DNA of 64,000 bases from a virus. The stretch covers positions 32,001 to 96,000 of IMG/VR virus record IMGVR_UViG_3300008952_002784, one strand, 5' to 3'. A program made the position numbers and the translations under genes. This document shows positions 27,932 through 39,154 of this stretch, in pieces; position 1 is the first letter of the stretch; every line of letters starts with the position of its first letter. Under the pieces are notes generated by a model that saw only the letters and a list, made by a program, of their open reading frames with translations, ran no database searches and had not been told where the DNA came from.

Positions 27932-29634
27932 TGACAACAGACGTTCAGCGAAATTTACTGGGCGCACAGTCAGACCTTTCAGAAGATGTACTCTCGATAC
28001 GAGATGCACCATCATCATCAGTATTTCAGAAAGCCATAGTAAAAGATATCTTGTATGACATTTCAGTCTTGGGATATCCAACCGTGGGTGAGGGCGATGA
28101 CAACTCAGATCCATATGTAGACGAGCTGCTATCTAGATTATCGAATTCACTAGAATTGTCACAAGCACCCAGAAATTCTATAATAGTACAATTTTCTTCT
28201 GAATCAGAGGGTGAATTTCTATGCTATCCATTTTTTCCGCCTCATTTATCTATGCCAATCAAGCAGGGGGAAAGAGTTTGGGTCTTACGAGAGCCAGGGT
28301 CAAATGTCGGATACTGGTTTTGCAGAATGCAAGCACCTCAACATGTAGATGATGTAAATTACACACATGACGATAGACGATGGGATTACTCAATTGGTGA
28401 CTATCGTCAAACATCAGATGAAGATTCAGAAAAAATACCTGACTTTCCAAACGGCCCTGAGGGCAATGTGCCAGGTCAAGAAATTATTCCTACATTGGGC
28501 CCAACCGCGAACGGTGATCTGCCTTTCGAAAGGGTATATACAGGATCATTAGCAGCCGGTTCTGTAGTTGCAGAGCCAGTGCCAAGATTCACTAAACGCC
28601 CCGGGGATTTAGTATTACAGGGTTCTAATAACACCCTGATATGTCTAGGGCAAGATCGTGGCTGGAATTCAGAGTTTTCACCAGTACCTTCTGACCCTCA
28701 TCAGCTTAGCAATGCGTCTTTAGATACTAGTACGAACGATGTTATTGTAGGCGAAGATCCAAAAATATCTGAAAATTCTTACGAGAACATACTAAAAGAG
28801 TTAGCCGGCGCAATCGACATTGTCGCCGGCCGCGGCCGAATATATTTGAACACCTCCGGCGATCCAATATTTGAAACTAAGTCTAGTGGTGAACCATCTA
28901 GAACAGAACCAAGGGTTATTCTCAACTCTCGAGGATTTTATGAAACTGACAAAAATCCAACATTGCGAGGTTTGGGCGCGGGAACAATAAATCGTTTGTG
29001 TGATACAGCCGAGGGGGATCCCGACTTTATATACGATGCTAGCAGGATATATGTATCTATGCGATCAGATGTCGATCATGATTACGGCTTGTCAGCATCA
29101 TATCCAAACCCATTTGAAGCAAAAATAGAAGAAATAGAAGATGCAGCATGCATAGTTGTTAAGTCTGACGAGATAAGAATTGTAGCAAGAAAAAAAGATA
29201 TTGATGTGCCATATGATGATGCTGCTGCAATTAATGGGTCTATACGTATAATAAAAGAGGGCACGCCTGATGATGATGCTGCTTCAATTATTATTCTACC
29301 TGATGGCACAGTTCAAATTTCAGGATCAAAGATATTTTTAGGGCGTACTACAAAAGACGGCGGCGCCGGCAAAGGCCCTGGCCCGGGAGGCTCCCAGCCA
29401 TATGTAAAGTATCAAGAGCTTGAAGATCTGCTAACAGAAGTGTTGACCAACATTAAATCATTTGGCACTAGCTTGCAATCAACATTTGCAGGAAATACAA
29501 CCCCGGGTTTTGGTGCGCCAAACCCGTCAATACTTGTATCGTCAACTGCAGAATGCATGACGTTACAGACTGACATGGATGCCAGAATAAATCAAATAAA
29601 AAGTATAAAATCAGATCGAATATTCGGAGAATAG
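27931..29634 (+). CDS. Baseplate hub/spike protein (gp5/gpV-like)
   Basis: OB-fold-like 'CYPFFP...PIKQGERVWVL..GYW'; 'RPGDLVLQGSNNTLICLG'; C-terminal beta repeats 'IIILPDGTVQISGSKIFLG' then 'PYVK..EL..LL'; lies upstream of gp25/gp6. Confidence 0.65.
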   Translation: MTTDVQRNLLGAQSDLSEDVLSIRDAPSSSVFQKAIVKDILYDISVLGYPTVGEGDDNSDPYVDELLSRLSNSLELSQAPRNSIIVQFSSESEGEFLCYPFFPPHLSMPIKQGERVWVLREPGSNVGYWFCRMQAPQHVDDVNYTHDDRRWDYSIGDYRQTSDEDSEKIPDFPNGPEGNVPGQEIIPTLGPTANGDLPFERVYTGSLAAGSVVAEPVPRFTKRPGDLVLQGSNNTLICLGQDRGWNSEFSPVPSDPHQLSNASLDTSTNDVIVGEDPKISENSYENILKELAGAIDIVAGRGRIYLNTSGDPIFETKSSGEPSRTEPRVILNSRGFYETDKNPTLRGLGAGTINRLCDTAEGDPDFIYDASRIYVSMRSDVDHDYGLSASYPNPFEAKIEEIEDAACIVVKSDEIRIVARKKDIDVPYDDAAAINGSIRIIKEGTPDDDAASIIILPDGTVQISGSKIFLGRTTKDGGAGKGPGPGGSQPYVKYQELEDLLTEVLTNIKSFGTSLQSTFAGNTTPGFGAPNPSILVSSTAECMTLQTDMDARINQIKSIKSDRIFGE

Positions 29635-29641
29635 AAACATT

Positions 29642-29932
29642 ATGTCACTATCAAATGCTAAAATTACACTACAAGCAACATTATTTTCAATATTTGAGGA
29701 AAGAAAATTAGAGGGTGAAGATAATGCAAAAATGGCATTAGATATGGCTAATGCAATTCATGACTACATAACAAGCGCTGATGTCGATATTACTCTAGTG
29801 TCATCTGTGACACCACCAGGAACAACGTTGTCAACTGTTGTAGTAACTCCAACAGGCCCAGGAACCGGAACAGGTGCTACAGTAGCACCCACCTCGCCTG
29901 CTCTACATACCGGATTTGGAAAGCTATTATAG
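29642..29932 (+). CDS. Small spike-associated virion protein (possible tip protein)
   Basis: 'MANAIHDYITSADV' plus a Thr/Gly/Pro-rich C-terminus; sits between the spike and gp25. Confidence 0.45.
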   Translation: MSLSNAKITLQATLFSIFEERKLEGEDNAKMALDMANAIHDYITSADVDITLVSSVTPPGTTLSTVVVTPTGPGTGTGATVAPTSPALHTGFGKLL

Positions 29933-29963
29933 AAATTCTATTCACTGCAACTTGATACAGATT

Positions 29964-29970
29964 ATATTTA
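29964..29970 (+). promoter_or_regulatory. Candidate late-promoter motif ATATTTA
   Basis: ATA-N-TTA in the gap before gp25; the same pattern occurs at 46770 and 57593. Confidence 0.35.
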
Positions 29971-29995
29971 CGTCTAACAAGGACCGGATAATCCA

Positions 29996-30499
29996 ATGGC
30001 AGAAATAGCACAAAATAGAAGGACGTACGACTTCAATAGTGTCGGCGATCTAGATTTAGACGAGAAAGAAAGATCTAGAAAAGCAAAGCTTGAGTCTGTA
30101 CGTCTTCCAATTGGTATAAGAACACCGTTGCAATTGTCAGACAATTCCAACTCTTTGTTTAGAATGAATACTGTATTATTAGATCAAATATCAGACAATC
30201 TACGCAATCTTATCATGACAAACCATGGTGAGCGTTTAGGTTTTTATGACTTTGGCGCAAACTTGATGGAGTTATGTTTTGAGTTAGGCGCAGAAAGTGC
30301 TGATAAAGTTGCAGTACAAAGAATTAAAAAAGCAGTTGACAAATACATGCCATATGTCAACTTAGAGACGTTTGAGCCAATTGTAGATCGTCATGATAAT
30401 GAGCATACAGCTAAAGTCGGTGTAAAAGTTACTTATGGCATACCGAAGCTAACACAAAAAAAACGTGAAATAGAAGTAATTCTATACGTAGCAGGATAA
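29996..30499 (+). CDS. Baseplate wedge subunit, gp25/GPW-like
   Basis: 'QISDNLRNLIMTNHGERL...DFGANL...FE' and 'IKKAVDKYMPYV'. Confidence 0.9.
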   Translation: MAEIAQNRRTYDFNSVGDLDLDEKERSRKAKLESVRLPIGIRTPLQLSDNSNSLFRMNTVLLDQISDNLRNLIMTNHGERLGFYDFGANLMELCFELGAESADKVAVQRIKKAVDKYMPYVNLETFEPIVDRHDNEHTAKVGVKVTYGIPKLTQKKREIEVILYVAG

Positions 30500-30500
30500 T

Positions 30501-32348
30501 ATGTCTATAGATGTAAAGAAAAAGCTAAAAAGAAAGAACAATAGAACGTACCTGGCTAAAGATTTCAATAGCTTTAGGTCAGAACTTCTTCGATATGCCA
30601 AGACATATTTTCCAAACCAGATACAAGACTTCTCAGAAGCATCTTTAGGGGGTTTGTTATTAGATATGGCAGCAATGGTCGGCGATACAATGACATTCTA
30701 TCTAGATCATCAATTCAATGAGCTCAACGCATACACAGCAGTTGAGAGCAAGAATCTCATTAGGCATTTAAGGTCTGCGGGAATTCAAATATCTGGTGCA
30801 TCACCAGCATCAGTTTACTCAACATTTTTTATAAAAGTATATTCTGAACAACTTTCTGACGGATCGTATGCTCCAAAGAGAAGTGCTTTACCGGTGATAT
30901 TAGCAGGAACGCAATGTGAATCTTTCAATGGTGTAAAATTTAACTTGACAGAAGATCTAGACTTTGCCAAGCAAGACGACGGAGGAAATTACGATGCATC
31001 ATATGTTGTTGAAGATGTTAACTCAGACGGCTCCCCAGCATCATATATCATGACATTGGAAGGATTGATGGTCTCTGGAGATGAGTCTGAAGATTCATTC
31101 AGCATAGGCACAACTCATGTGCCGTTTAGAGAGGTTTCGCTTAAGCGATCTGATGTGTCTGACATTATGTCTGTTACAGATTCGGATGGAAATCAGTACT
31201 ACGAAGTAGAATCACTGTCACAAGACACTGTATTCAAGGCAGTCATGAATTTAAATGAAGATAGCGATCTTGTTCAGAGCAATCTTGAAGTTGCCCCAGC
31301 ACCGTATAGATTCGTACGTATTGTTGATCCCAATACTCGAGTTACTCGAGTGAAGTTTGGTTCTGGAGATGCTGACTCGCTAGATGACGATATTATTCCC
31401 GATCCCAGCAAGCTATCTTTACCGCTGTATGGTAAGACAACATTTTCTAGATTTTCTATCGACCCTAATGACCTTATAAAGAGCAGAACATTAGGAATAT
31501 CACCAAAGAACACAACAATAAGGATAAGATATAGATCAGGCGGAGGACTATCTCACAACGTTCCTGCAAGTGCGATTAGAAAAATATCAAATATTAAAAT
31601 ATCTTTTAGAAGAAATCCGTCTATGGCAGATGCTACATATGTTAGATCATCACTTGATGTGAAGAATCATGATCCTGCGCGAGGAGGAGATTCTGCACCT
31701 ACTTTATCTGAATTGCGAGAAAAAATACCGGTGGCACGCCAGCAACAGTCTAGAATTGTTAGCAAACAAGACTTACTAGCAAGGATATACACTTTGCCGG
31801 CCCAGTTTGGAAGAGTTTATCGAGCGGGAATATCTGACAATCCTGAGAATCCGCTATCTTCTTTATTGTATGTTATTTCTAGAAATAGAATGGGTCAATT
31901 AGATATCACTCCGGATTCTCTCAAGAAAAACATAGCCAAATATCTAAATGAATTCAGGCTCATATCAGACGCGATAGATATATTAGACGCTAGCGTTGTT
32001 AATTACTACGTCAAATTTGGCATACTTTGTAATCCCAACGTCAACAAACAAGCAACAGTGCAGACTGCTATTGCTAGAGTGAAAGAAATCTTAGAACTTA
32101 GACACTTTCAAATAGATCAACCGATCCTGATAGATGACATTAGAAATGTTATTATCAACACACCAGGTGTTATCTCACTTATTGAACTAGATATTGGCCC
32201 ACTGGCCGGAACAATAGAGAACAGAATTTACAGTGATACATCGTTTGACTTCAAGACATCAACAGTGAGGAATATGATTACTGGCCCACAAGGATCGATA
32301 TTTGAATTGAGGTTTCCAACAAATGACATTATTGGTACAGCACTGTAG
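30501..32348 (+). CDS. Baseplate wedge protein, T4 gp6/baseplate J-like
   Basis: 'YLAKDFNSFRSELL...YFP...DFSEAS.GG.LLDM.A.VGD...FYLD.QFNE', 'VKFGSG', 'YRSGGG', 'QSRIVSKQD'. Confidence 0.9.
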   Translation: MSIDVKKKLKRKNNRTYLAKDFNSFRSELLRYAKTYFPNQIQDFSEASLGGLLLDMAAMVGDTMTFYLDHQFNELNAYTAVESKNLIRHLRSAGIQISGASPASVYSTFFIKVYSEQLSDGSYAPKRSALPVILAGTQCESFNGVKFNLTEDLDFAKQDDGGNYDASYVVEDVNSDGSPASYIMTLEGLMVSGDESEDSFSIGTTHVPFREVSLKRSDVSDIMSVTDSDGNQYYEVESLSQDTVFKAVMNLNEDSDLVQSNLEVAPAPYRFVRIVDPNTRVTRVKFGSGDADSLDDDIIPDPSKLSLPLYGKTTFSRFSIDPNDLIKSRTLGISPKNTTIRIRYRSGGGLSHNVPASAIRKISNIKISFRRNPSMADATYVRSSLDVKNHDPARGGDSAPTLSELREKIPVARQQQSRIVSKQDLLARIYTLPAQFGRVYRAGISDNPENPLSSLLYVISRNRMGQLDITPDSLKKNIAKYLNEFRLISDAIDILDASVVNYYVKFGILCNPNVNKQATVQTAIARVKEILELRHFQIDQPILIDDIRNVIINTPGVISLIELDIGPLAGTIENRIYSDTSFDFKTSTVRNMITGPQGSIFELRFPTNDIIGTAL

Positions 32349-32359
32349 GGAGATGAAAA

Positions 32360-33904
32360 ATGTATCTCATACTAACATCTAGCAAAGACACATACATTAC
32401 AAATAAAATTATCAACGGCAAGTTTAGAGCAACTGATGCAAATGTCGGCCGCGCTGGAACACTTGATCTTTTCAAATTGTACGATGAGTCAACACTGACA
32501 GGCGAAGATTCGCCAACAGAGCTATCCAGGATCCTGATAAAATTTGACATAGATCGCCTTAAGTCACTTACCGGATCGATACTTGACATTAGTAATTCAA
32601 CTTTCAAATGTACTCTGAAGTTAAAAAATATACTTGGGGGCCATGCAACACCAAGTAACTATCGAATTGCTGTCTACCCTTTGTCTAAAAGCTTTGATGA
32701 GGGTATCGGTCGTGATGTAATATCATTCAATGATATTGATGGGTGCAATTTTATTACAGCATCATACTCAAATGATACCATATCATCGTGGGAATTGACC
32801 GGTGCGAACAAGCCAGGACTATTAGGAAGCAGTGATATTGACTACATATCATCAGGAAATCTACACTCAGCCGGAATTGAAGACTTGGGTGCAACACAGC
32901 ATTTCGTAGTAGGCGATGAAGATTTGAGCATCGATGTTACAAAAATAATATCAGCAACACTCAAAGATGTAATTCCTGATTTGGGCTTTCGTCTATCGTT
33001 TTCAGGGTCAGAGGAGACAGACTCAAAAACTAGATTTGTAAAGAGATTTGCTTCAAGGCACTCTAGAAATCGCTATAATCAACCACAGTTACATGTATCA
33101 TTTGATGATACACTACACGATCATCATGAATCATTCTTTTTTGACGTAACAGGAACATTGTTTCTAAATAACTTTCATAGAGGACAGCCGTCTAATATAG
33201 TTTCTGGCAGCGGGTTGACACCAGTTGTGGGATCTGATTGTGTGATTGTGCGGCTAATGACAGGATCCTACACAAAATACATCACAGCATCACAGCATAC
33301 AGGAAGCTCTACTAACAAGGGTGCTACGGGTGTTTATTCAGCAACATTTGCACTTCCGTCTAGCACTACAGATATTGTAATTGGAAAAAGTCGTGTAACA
33401 GATTTCGCCAGAATTTCAGGCTCATTGAAATTTGATGAATTTTGGGAAAGCACAGATGGCAAAGTAGGATATTATACTGGTAGTTTGGAAATTAATTCTC
33501 CCAATAGAACAGCTATGAACTTTACATCTAGAAGGCCCATACTGAAAATAATAAATGCTAGAAGTGCTTATACCTCTAGAGACAAAGTAAGATTTAGATT
33601 GTTTGTTAGAGACTACAATGATGAACTAAATACTCCTGTTAAGAGACCGCTCAAGATAAAAAGTGAAGTACTTCAAGAAGTATACTATCGAGTGCGAGAT
33701 GCAGATACAGGCGATATACTGATACCATACGAAAAAAATAAAAATGGTACTAGGCTTTCATCTGATTCTGAGGGAATGTTTTTTGATTTTTACATGTATA
33801 ATCTTTTTCCCGGTAGAGTATATACGTTTGATTTTTTAGTAGTAGATCGTGGTGTTGAGTTTGTAGCAGACAATATTAGCACTAGATTTAGATTGGATGA
33901 ATAA
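32360..33904 (+). CDS. Virion/baseplate protein with DNRLRE-like N-terminal domain
   Basis: 'SKDTYI', 'SRILIKFD', 'FASR...PQLHVSFDD'; position between gp6 and the gp7-like gene. Confidence 0.55.
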   Translation: MYLILTSSKDTYITNKIINGKFRATDANVGRAGTLDLFKLYDESTLTGEDSPTELSRILIKFDIDRLKSLTGSILDISNSTFKCTLKLKNILGGHATPSNYRIAVYPLSKSFDEGIGRDVISFNDIDGCNFITASYSNDTISSWELTGANKPGLLGSSDIDYISSGNLHSAGIEDLGATQHFVVGDEDLSIDVTKIISATLKDVIPDLGFRLSFSGSEETDSKTRFVKRFASRHSRNRYNQPQLHVSFDDTLHDHHESFFFDVTGTLFLNNFHRGQPSNIVSGSGLTPVVGSDCVIVRLMTGSYTKYITASQHTGSSTNKGATGVYSATFALPSSTTDIVIGKSRVTDFARISGSLKFDEFWESTDGKVGYYTGSLEINSPNRTAMNFTSRRPILKIINARSAYTSRDKVRFRLFVRDYNDELNTPVKRPLKIKSEVLQEVYYRVRDADTGDILIPYEKNKNGTRLSSDSEGMFFDFYMYNLFPGRVYTFDFLVVDRGVEFVADNISTRFRLDE

Positions 33905-36900
33905 TGGCGAGTAATAATCCATTCGGCACAGGACCACTTTTCTCTCCGTCAATTGTGAGAAGGCTGGCATCTGAGAATGTTGCATTCAAAGATATGACTA
34001 TCGACAACATGAGCCAGTCACTTCTTTCACCAACAGCATCGTTCATGCATGACCCACCCGGGTCTCCTCTCAAGTCAACCCAGCAAGTGTCTTTAGACTG
34101 GTCTAAATTTGAAAATCACACATTTTTTAATTCAGCAGAAGCAAATGTCAATGTTGCATTTGATACAATTATCAATTACTATCCTTTTGATGGCACTAAG
34201 AGAGAGCTAGATAAATTTCGTAATGACCTTACAGGTTTTGAAAAATATATACTGGATAGATTTCCAAAAAACTTAGGCTATTTGAATTTTTCTGGCACAG
34301 TATCAGGTGAGTCATCTAATGCTGGAACATTTATACGTATCAATGATTATGCTGGGACTACAATGCCGACTCTATCCAGAGATAGAACAGGTAAATCGAT
34401 TCTAGACGCCGGAGTAAATTCACTATCATTTGACTTTCACTTAAGTATACCAAAGAATATTGATCTAGGGCACTCTGTTTTGGTACAGAGGGTCAAGGAT
34501 AAGAAATATGGGTTTACCCTTGTAGTAAGTGAAACAAACGCTGCAGCTGTCTCTGGCGCAATTGAAGTAATAGTATCGTCAGGCAGTCATTTTATGAGTG
34601 CATCAATGGACTTGGCCCGGGGAAGATTCCAGCATATATGCGCAACAATAAACAATACTCCCGGCATTCAAAAGATTGAATTATACAGAAATTTCAAGCT
34701 TAAGTCTACATCATCAATGAGCACAGAAATGGGAGCTTTCGGCTATGCTGATCAACCGATGTTCATAGGATCAGGAACTGCACACGGGCCATATGGAGCT
34801 TCAGAGGGCACAACATGGGTACCAACAACATCGTTCTCCGGATCGATCGATGACTTTCGTATCTTTCATTCTGCTCGAACCCCGAAAATACAAGAAAGAG
34901 AAGCACATCGAAATGTTTACCCTAGCAAGAAGCTTAAGTTATATTTCAAGTTTAATGAACCTACAGGATCTTACTCGAACAACAGTATTCTAATTGACAG
35001 TTCAGGAAATTCACTACACTCAAACATTACAAATTATAGTTCAGCGCTAAGAGAGTTAGACACTTCAGGAATAGAGAATGCCGGACGAACACCCTTAGTA
35101 TTAGAGTCGCTAAGCGAAAATCCTGTTTTATTTCCAGCACATCCAGAACTTATATCACTAAATCAAGATTTGCTAACTTCTGCTTCTAGATATGACTATA
35201 ATAACCCAAATTTAATCACAAAGCTTGTTCCAAAACATTACCTTCACGAGGCATTACAAAATGAAGGTTTCGACTTCCCAGACCCGGAAATAGGCTCAGT
35301 TGGAAATGTCTACGGAGAGTCTAAAAACTTTCCTGGAGGCGGTCAACTAAGCCCACCACATCTAATGGCAACACTTTTGTTTATATGGGCTAAACAATTT
35401 GATGAGTTGAAAATATATCTAGATCATTTTGGCAGAATGTTGCATGTTGATTATGACGACAATGGCACTGTTGCTGATACATTCTTACCTTTTCTAGCTG
35501 AATACTATGGATTTTCATTACCAAACATGACAGCTCATGCATCATTAGGGCAGTACAATAATGGTGAAAATCTAAGACCGGCTTCTGAATTGCATGACAA
35601 CTCACTGAAATATGTCCAGAATCAAATTTGGCGAAGAATCTTGACCGATCTTTCAGAAATCATAAAGTCAAAGGGTACAATTCATAGCATAAAATCGCTA
35701 ATACGTAGGATGGGAATCAATCCGGATCAAAACTTTAGATTTAGAGAATTCGGCGGCTCTAAGTCTAGAAAAATTACAGATGTACGAGAAGCTAGAATAA
35801 CAACAACAAGAATGATATCATTCTCAGGATCGCAAGCAGTTGTTACAGAAGATCTCAACTCTCACGGTATTAGCACTAACAAACCGTTTGCGCAGTCATG
35901 TTTTCTTTCGGGTGCTAGGGTAGAGGTAGGTAAACCAGATCCAGCACCATATTTGCAGTCTATAGGCTATATAACATCCAGTGACTACTCAAAGATAACT
36001 GAGGGTGATAAATTCTTCATCACGTCTTCAGACGGGCAACGCCTTACATTTATATTTGCTGCTAATGCACCTGCAGGTACTAGTGGCTCTATAGAGACTT
36101 GTACTATAAAGATAGCGGGCACAAATAACAATCAAGCACAAGAGATTTATGAAGTTATAACGTCAAGCTTCAGCGGATCTGTTGGCGGAACTTATGATTC
36201 TGATTTAGTAACTGTAATACAATCTAGTAGAGAACGGCTAAACCTGGGTAATAATGCATTTATTTCTGGTACACACAGCCCGGATACAGCTGCTATATCA
36301 TTCCAAGATTTCTCTGGCGGTTCCGGATTCATAAAGCCACACCCGAATAAAGATAAATTTGGAAATCATAGAGATCCTCAAGCTAGTCCAAAAGCACCAA
36401 AGTCTGTACAGCCGTATGGTATACACGGAGTATCTGCAAGAGAGTCAGACGGATTGTTCACTTCAGGATCTTGGACATATGAGGCATACTATGCTTTCCC
36501 AGCAAGAACAGGTTCACTTTCATACAATGTTACACAAAGTTTGTCTAGAGTTTGTACAACAGGATCGGCGGGATCGATAACCGGTTCTGGTGCAATATTG
36601 GCAAACCTTATAGCATTCTCAGGGAGTTCTGATAATTTATCAACAGGCTCACTTACGTTGTACGTAAGGCCTGTGATATCAGGAAGTATGCTAGCACTGC
36701 CTGTTACAGGGGTGAACATATTTGATGGAAACAATTGGCACATTTCATTTGGAAGAATAAGATCAGACCTAACAGGGACTATTAACTCTTCTTCATACTT
36801 TCTTAGAGCTGGCCGCGCATCTAGTGATGGAATAGAAGAGTATCACAGCAAGAGTATTCTCTTTGATGATCATGATGGTACTAACTATTTTGAGTCTTTA

Positions 36901-37908
36901 CACAGCAGTTACAATGCCAGTGGTAGCTTTTTTGTTATCGGATCACAAAGTATTGACGCATATAATCCAAATGCTACAGCCGGTGGCTTTTTAAATGACA
37001 CTAACAAAAATATTCGCCCAAGATGGACGCTATTTGAAGGAAATGTAGGTCAAATAAGATTCTGGTCAAAAGATTTGAACGACACAGAAGACATGGAGCA
37101 TGTACGAAATTTCAAATCATTGGGTGTCTCTAATCCAAAGAAGAATTTTAACTTCGTAACAGTTGAGTCTGGCTCATTTGAAAGACTTCGTGTTGACATA
37201 TCTGCAGATCAAATAAGGACAGGCTCGAATTCCTCAGGATTTATTTCTTTCTTTGATTTCTCTCAAAATAATTTACACCTCTCAGGTACTGGATTTGAAG
37301 CAAATAAACCAGCATGTGTGCCTGTAACATTCCAGCACTCAATGATATCACCATACTTTGATCAAGCAATTAACAATCAAAAAATACGTCCAAGGAGTTT
37401 CAAGAATAGCGAAACGGCACGTAGAAACAAAGTAGAACAAGCACCTTTGCATAAAATACCACCCGGAGAAATTTCTCGAGATGATAAACGTTTTAGTATC
37501 GAAGTATCTTCTGTGCAGGCACTAAATGAAGACATTATCAATATATTCTCAACATTAGATTCACTAGACGAAATAATTGGGTCACCCAACCTTGTATTTT
37601 CTCTTGACTATCCGGACTTAGAAATACTGCGAGACATATATTTTCAGAGGCTGACAACAAAGATCAACAATAGGGCATTTTTTGAGTTTTTCAAGTGGTT
37701 TGATTCAACTATATCTGACATGATTGAAAAACTAGTTCCAAGAAAAACAAGATTTTTGGGAGTCAATTTTGTTATTGAGTCACATATGCTTGAAAGGCCA
37801 AAATTCACTTATAACTATAGCGATATATACTTGGGTGAAAACGATAGACATAGCTTGAAAGGAACACTTTTACTTCGTCAACTAGTAGCAACAATTAGGA
37901 AATATTAA
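33904..37908 (+). CDS. Large baseplate wedge protein (gp7/P2 gpI-like segment) with LamG domains
   Basis: 'FLPFLAEYYGF' and 'KSKGTIHSIKSLIRRMGI' wedge motifs; LamG 'FQHICAT', 'FSGSIDDFRIF', 'LYFKFNE', 'WHISF', 'GQIRFW'. Confidence 0.7.
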   Translation: MASNNPFGTGPLFSPSIVRRLASENVAFKDMTIDNMSQSLLSPTASFMHDPPGSPLKSTQQVSLDWSKFENHTFFNSAEANVNVAFDTIINYYPFDGTKRELDKFRNDLTGFEKYILDRFPKNLGYLNFSGTVSGESSNAGTFIRINDYAGTTMPTLSRDRTGKSILDAGVNSLSFDFHLSIPKNIDLGHSVLVQRVKDKKYGFTLVVSETNAAAVSGAIEVIVSSGSHFMSASMDLARGRFQHICATINNTPGIQKIELYRNFKLKSTSSMSTEMGAFGYADQPMFIGSGTAHGPYGASEGTTWVPTTSFSGSIDDFRIFHSARTPKIQEREAHRNVYPSKKLKLYFKFNEPTGSYSNNSILIDSSGNSLHSNITNYSSALRELDTSGIENAGRTPLVLESLSENPVLFPAHPELISLNQDLLTSASRYDYNNPNLITKLVPKHYLHEALQNEGFDFPDPEIGSVGNVYGESKNFPGGGQLSPPHLMATLLFIWAKQFDELKIYLDHFGRMLHVDYDDNGTVADTFLPFLAEYYGFSLPNMTAHASLGQYNNGENLRPASELHDNSLKYVQNQIWRRILTDLSEIIKSKGTIHSIKSLIRRMGINPDQNFRFREFGGSKSRKITDVREARITTTRMISFSGSQAVVTEDLNSHGISTNKPFAQSCFLSGARVEVGKPDPAPYLQSIGYITSSDYSKITEGDKFFITSSDGQRLTFIFAANAPAGTSGSIETCTIKIAGTNNNQAQEIYEVITSSFSGSVGGTYDSDLVTVIQSSRERLNLGNNAFISGTHSPDTAAISFQDFSGGSGFIKPHPNKDKFGNHRDPQASPKAPKSVQPYGIHGVSARESDGLFTSGSWTYEAYYAFPARTGSLSYNVTQSLSRVCTTGSAGSITGSGAILANLIAFSGSSDNLSTGSLTLYVRPVISGSMLALPVTGVNIFDGNNWHISFGRIRSDLTGTINSSSYFLRAGRASSDGIEEYHSKSILFDDHDGTNYFESLHSSYNASGSFFVIGSQSIDAYNPNATAGGFLNDTNKNIRPRWTLFEGNVGQIRFWSKDLNDTEDMEHVRNFKSLGVSNPKKNFNFVTVESGSFERLRVDISADQIRTGSNSSGFISFFDFSQNNLHLSGTGFEANKPACVPVTFQHSMISPYFDQAINNQKIRPRSFKNSETARRNKVEQAPLHKIPPGEISRDDKRFSIEVSSVQALNEDIINIFSTLDSLDEIIGSPNLVFSLDYPDLEILRDIYFQRLTTKINNRAFFEFFKWFDSTISDMIEKLVPRKTRFLGVNFVIESHMLERPKFTYNYSDIYLGENDRHSLKGTLLLRQLVATIRKY

Positions 37909-39152
37909 TGCCCACTACATCTAGAGTTAATTCAGGGTCAATTACAAGAGGAAGTGTTTCTTCTGAGAGTGGGTCTATTGATTTCCTTAGAGAGGGTGTT
38001 CATATAAGATCTTGGGATCATCTAATCAGAGCAACGGCTGTAAAAGTAAGGGTCGGCTCAGGTGGAAGAATTAAAGTCATCAACGGCAGAGTTCAAACAG
38101 GATCATTTTATCCGTTCAATGATATGGAGTCACCGTCTACTTTTGGATCAATGGGTTATGTATCTCAATCGTATGTGACTTCTTCTACTGGAATTATAAC
38201 AGAGAAATTTACACGCATTGAAAAAGAAAGGTCATCTGTAAGGATGGATTCACACCAGTCTGCTTCTGGATCTATTGCATCGATACCAAGTCACTTCATG
38301 AAATTTGACGATTATGGGCAGCCGCGAGACTTTCAAGATGGAACGCCGTTTTCTGATCAAACACTTTCTGTAGATCGCCACTCTAAAGGGACGATCAACA
38401 CCTCAGATGAAGTAGACTCTTGGAAGAAGCGTTCAGATAATATTTTTCGCGGAGGTGCTATTGAATTCATATCTAGCAACCCCAATACTATTCTTATCTC
38501 ATCTGAAATGGTTGATGCATCAACTTCTCGTCATAATGAGGGAGCAATTGAAATATTCCCAATCAGAGATGAAGCTTCTAGAACGGGTACCGAATTTCCA
38601 TTCTTTGCAAGAGGTGTTAGGGGATCAGTATTCTGCACTGATGAATCTACATTTGGGAATAGTCAGATAATAACAGATCAGTATGAGCCCTACAATGGTC
38701 ACAGAAAAGAGACTTATTTTTTAGACGGAATAGAGTTGTTTGGCGCAGATCTAATAGCATCTCGGAGTTTTGATGTCTCGGGATCTTGGTCTTTGCACTA
38801 TTCTTATCCATTTAATACCGGTACCCTGCAAACAAACAGCACATCAGATCAATTTGCAACAGCTGGCCCTCTTTCAATGCAGGGATTTGTAACAGATCAG
38901 GTTACAGAAATACGACCGTACATCGACAGCACAGACAAGCTTGAAGCTTTGACAAAGCTAGCCGAAGCATCATATGAAGATTCGAATGGCCGAGAAATGT
39001 CAATTGTAGATGCACTTACATATGTGTCATCAAATCTCAGCCTTAACGATAGTGACCTTGGCGTAAACCATAGATATGCAACTCATGGTTTCGACTATAT
39101 CAACACACCTATAGGGACAGACTCAATCGCATTCGGGGGTCTCAAGAAGTAA
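37908..39152 (+). CDS. Putative virion structural protein
   Basis: TAATG-coupled within the baseplate operon; Ser/Gly-rich; C-terminal 'GTDSIAFGGL'. Confidence 0.6.
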   Translation: MPTTSRVNSGSITRGSVSSESGSIDFLREGVHIRSWDHLIRATAVKVRVGSGGRIKVINGRVQTGSFYPFNDMESPSTFGSMGYVSQSYVTSSTGIITEKFTRIEKERSSVRMDSHQSASGSIASIPSHFMKFDDYGQPRDFQDGTPFSDQTLSVDRHSKGTINTSDEVDSWKKRSDNIFRGGAIEFISSNPNTILISSEMVDASTSRHNEGAIEIFPIRDEASRTGTEFPFFARGVRGSVFCTDESTFGNSQIITDQYEPYNGHRKETYFLDGIELFGADLIASRSFDVSGSWSLHYSYPFNTGTLQTNSTSDQFATAGPLSMQGFVTDQVTEIRPYIDSTDKLEALTKLAEASYEDSNGREMSIVDALTYVSSNLSLNDSDLGVNHRYATHGFDYINTPIGTDSIAFGGLKK

Positions 39153-39154
39153 TA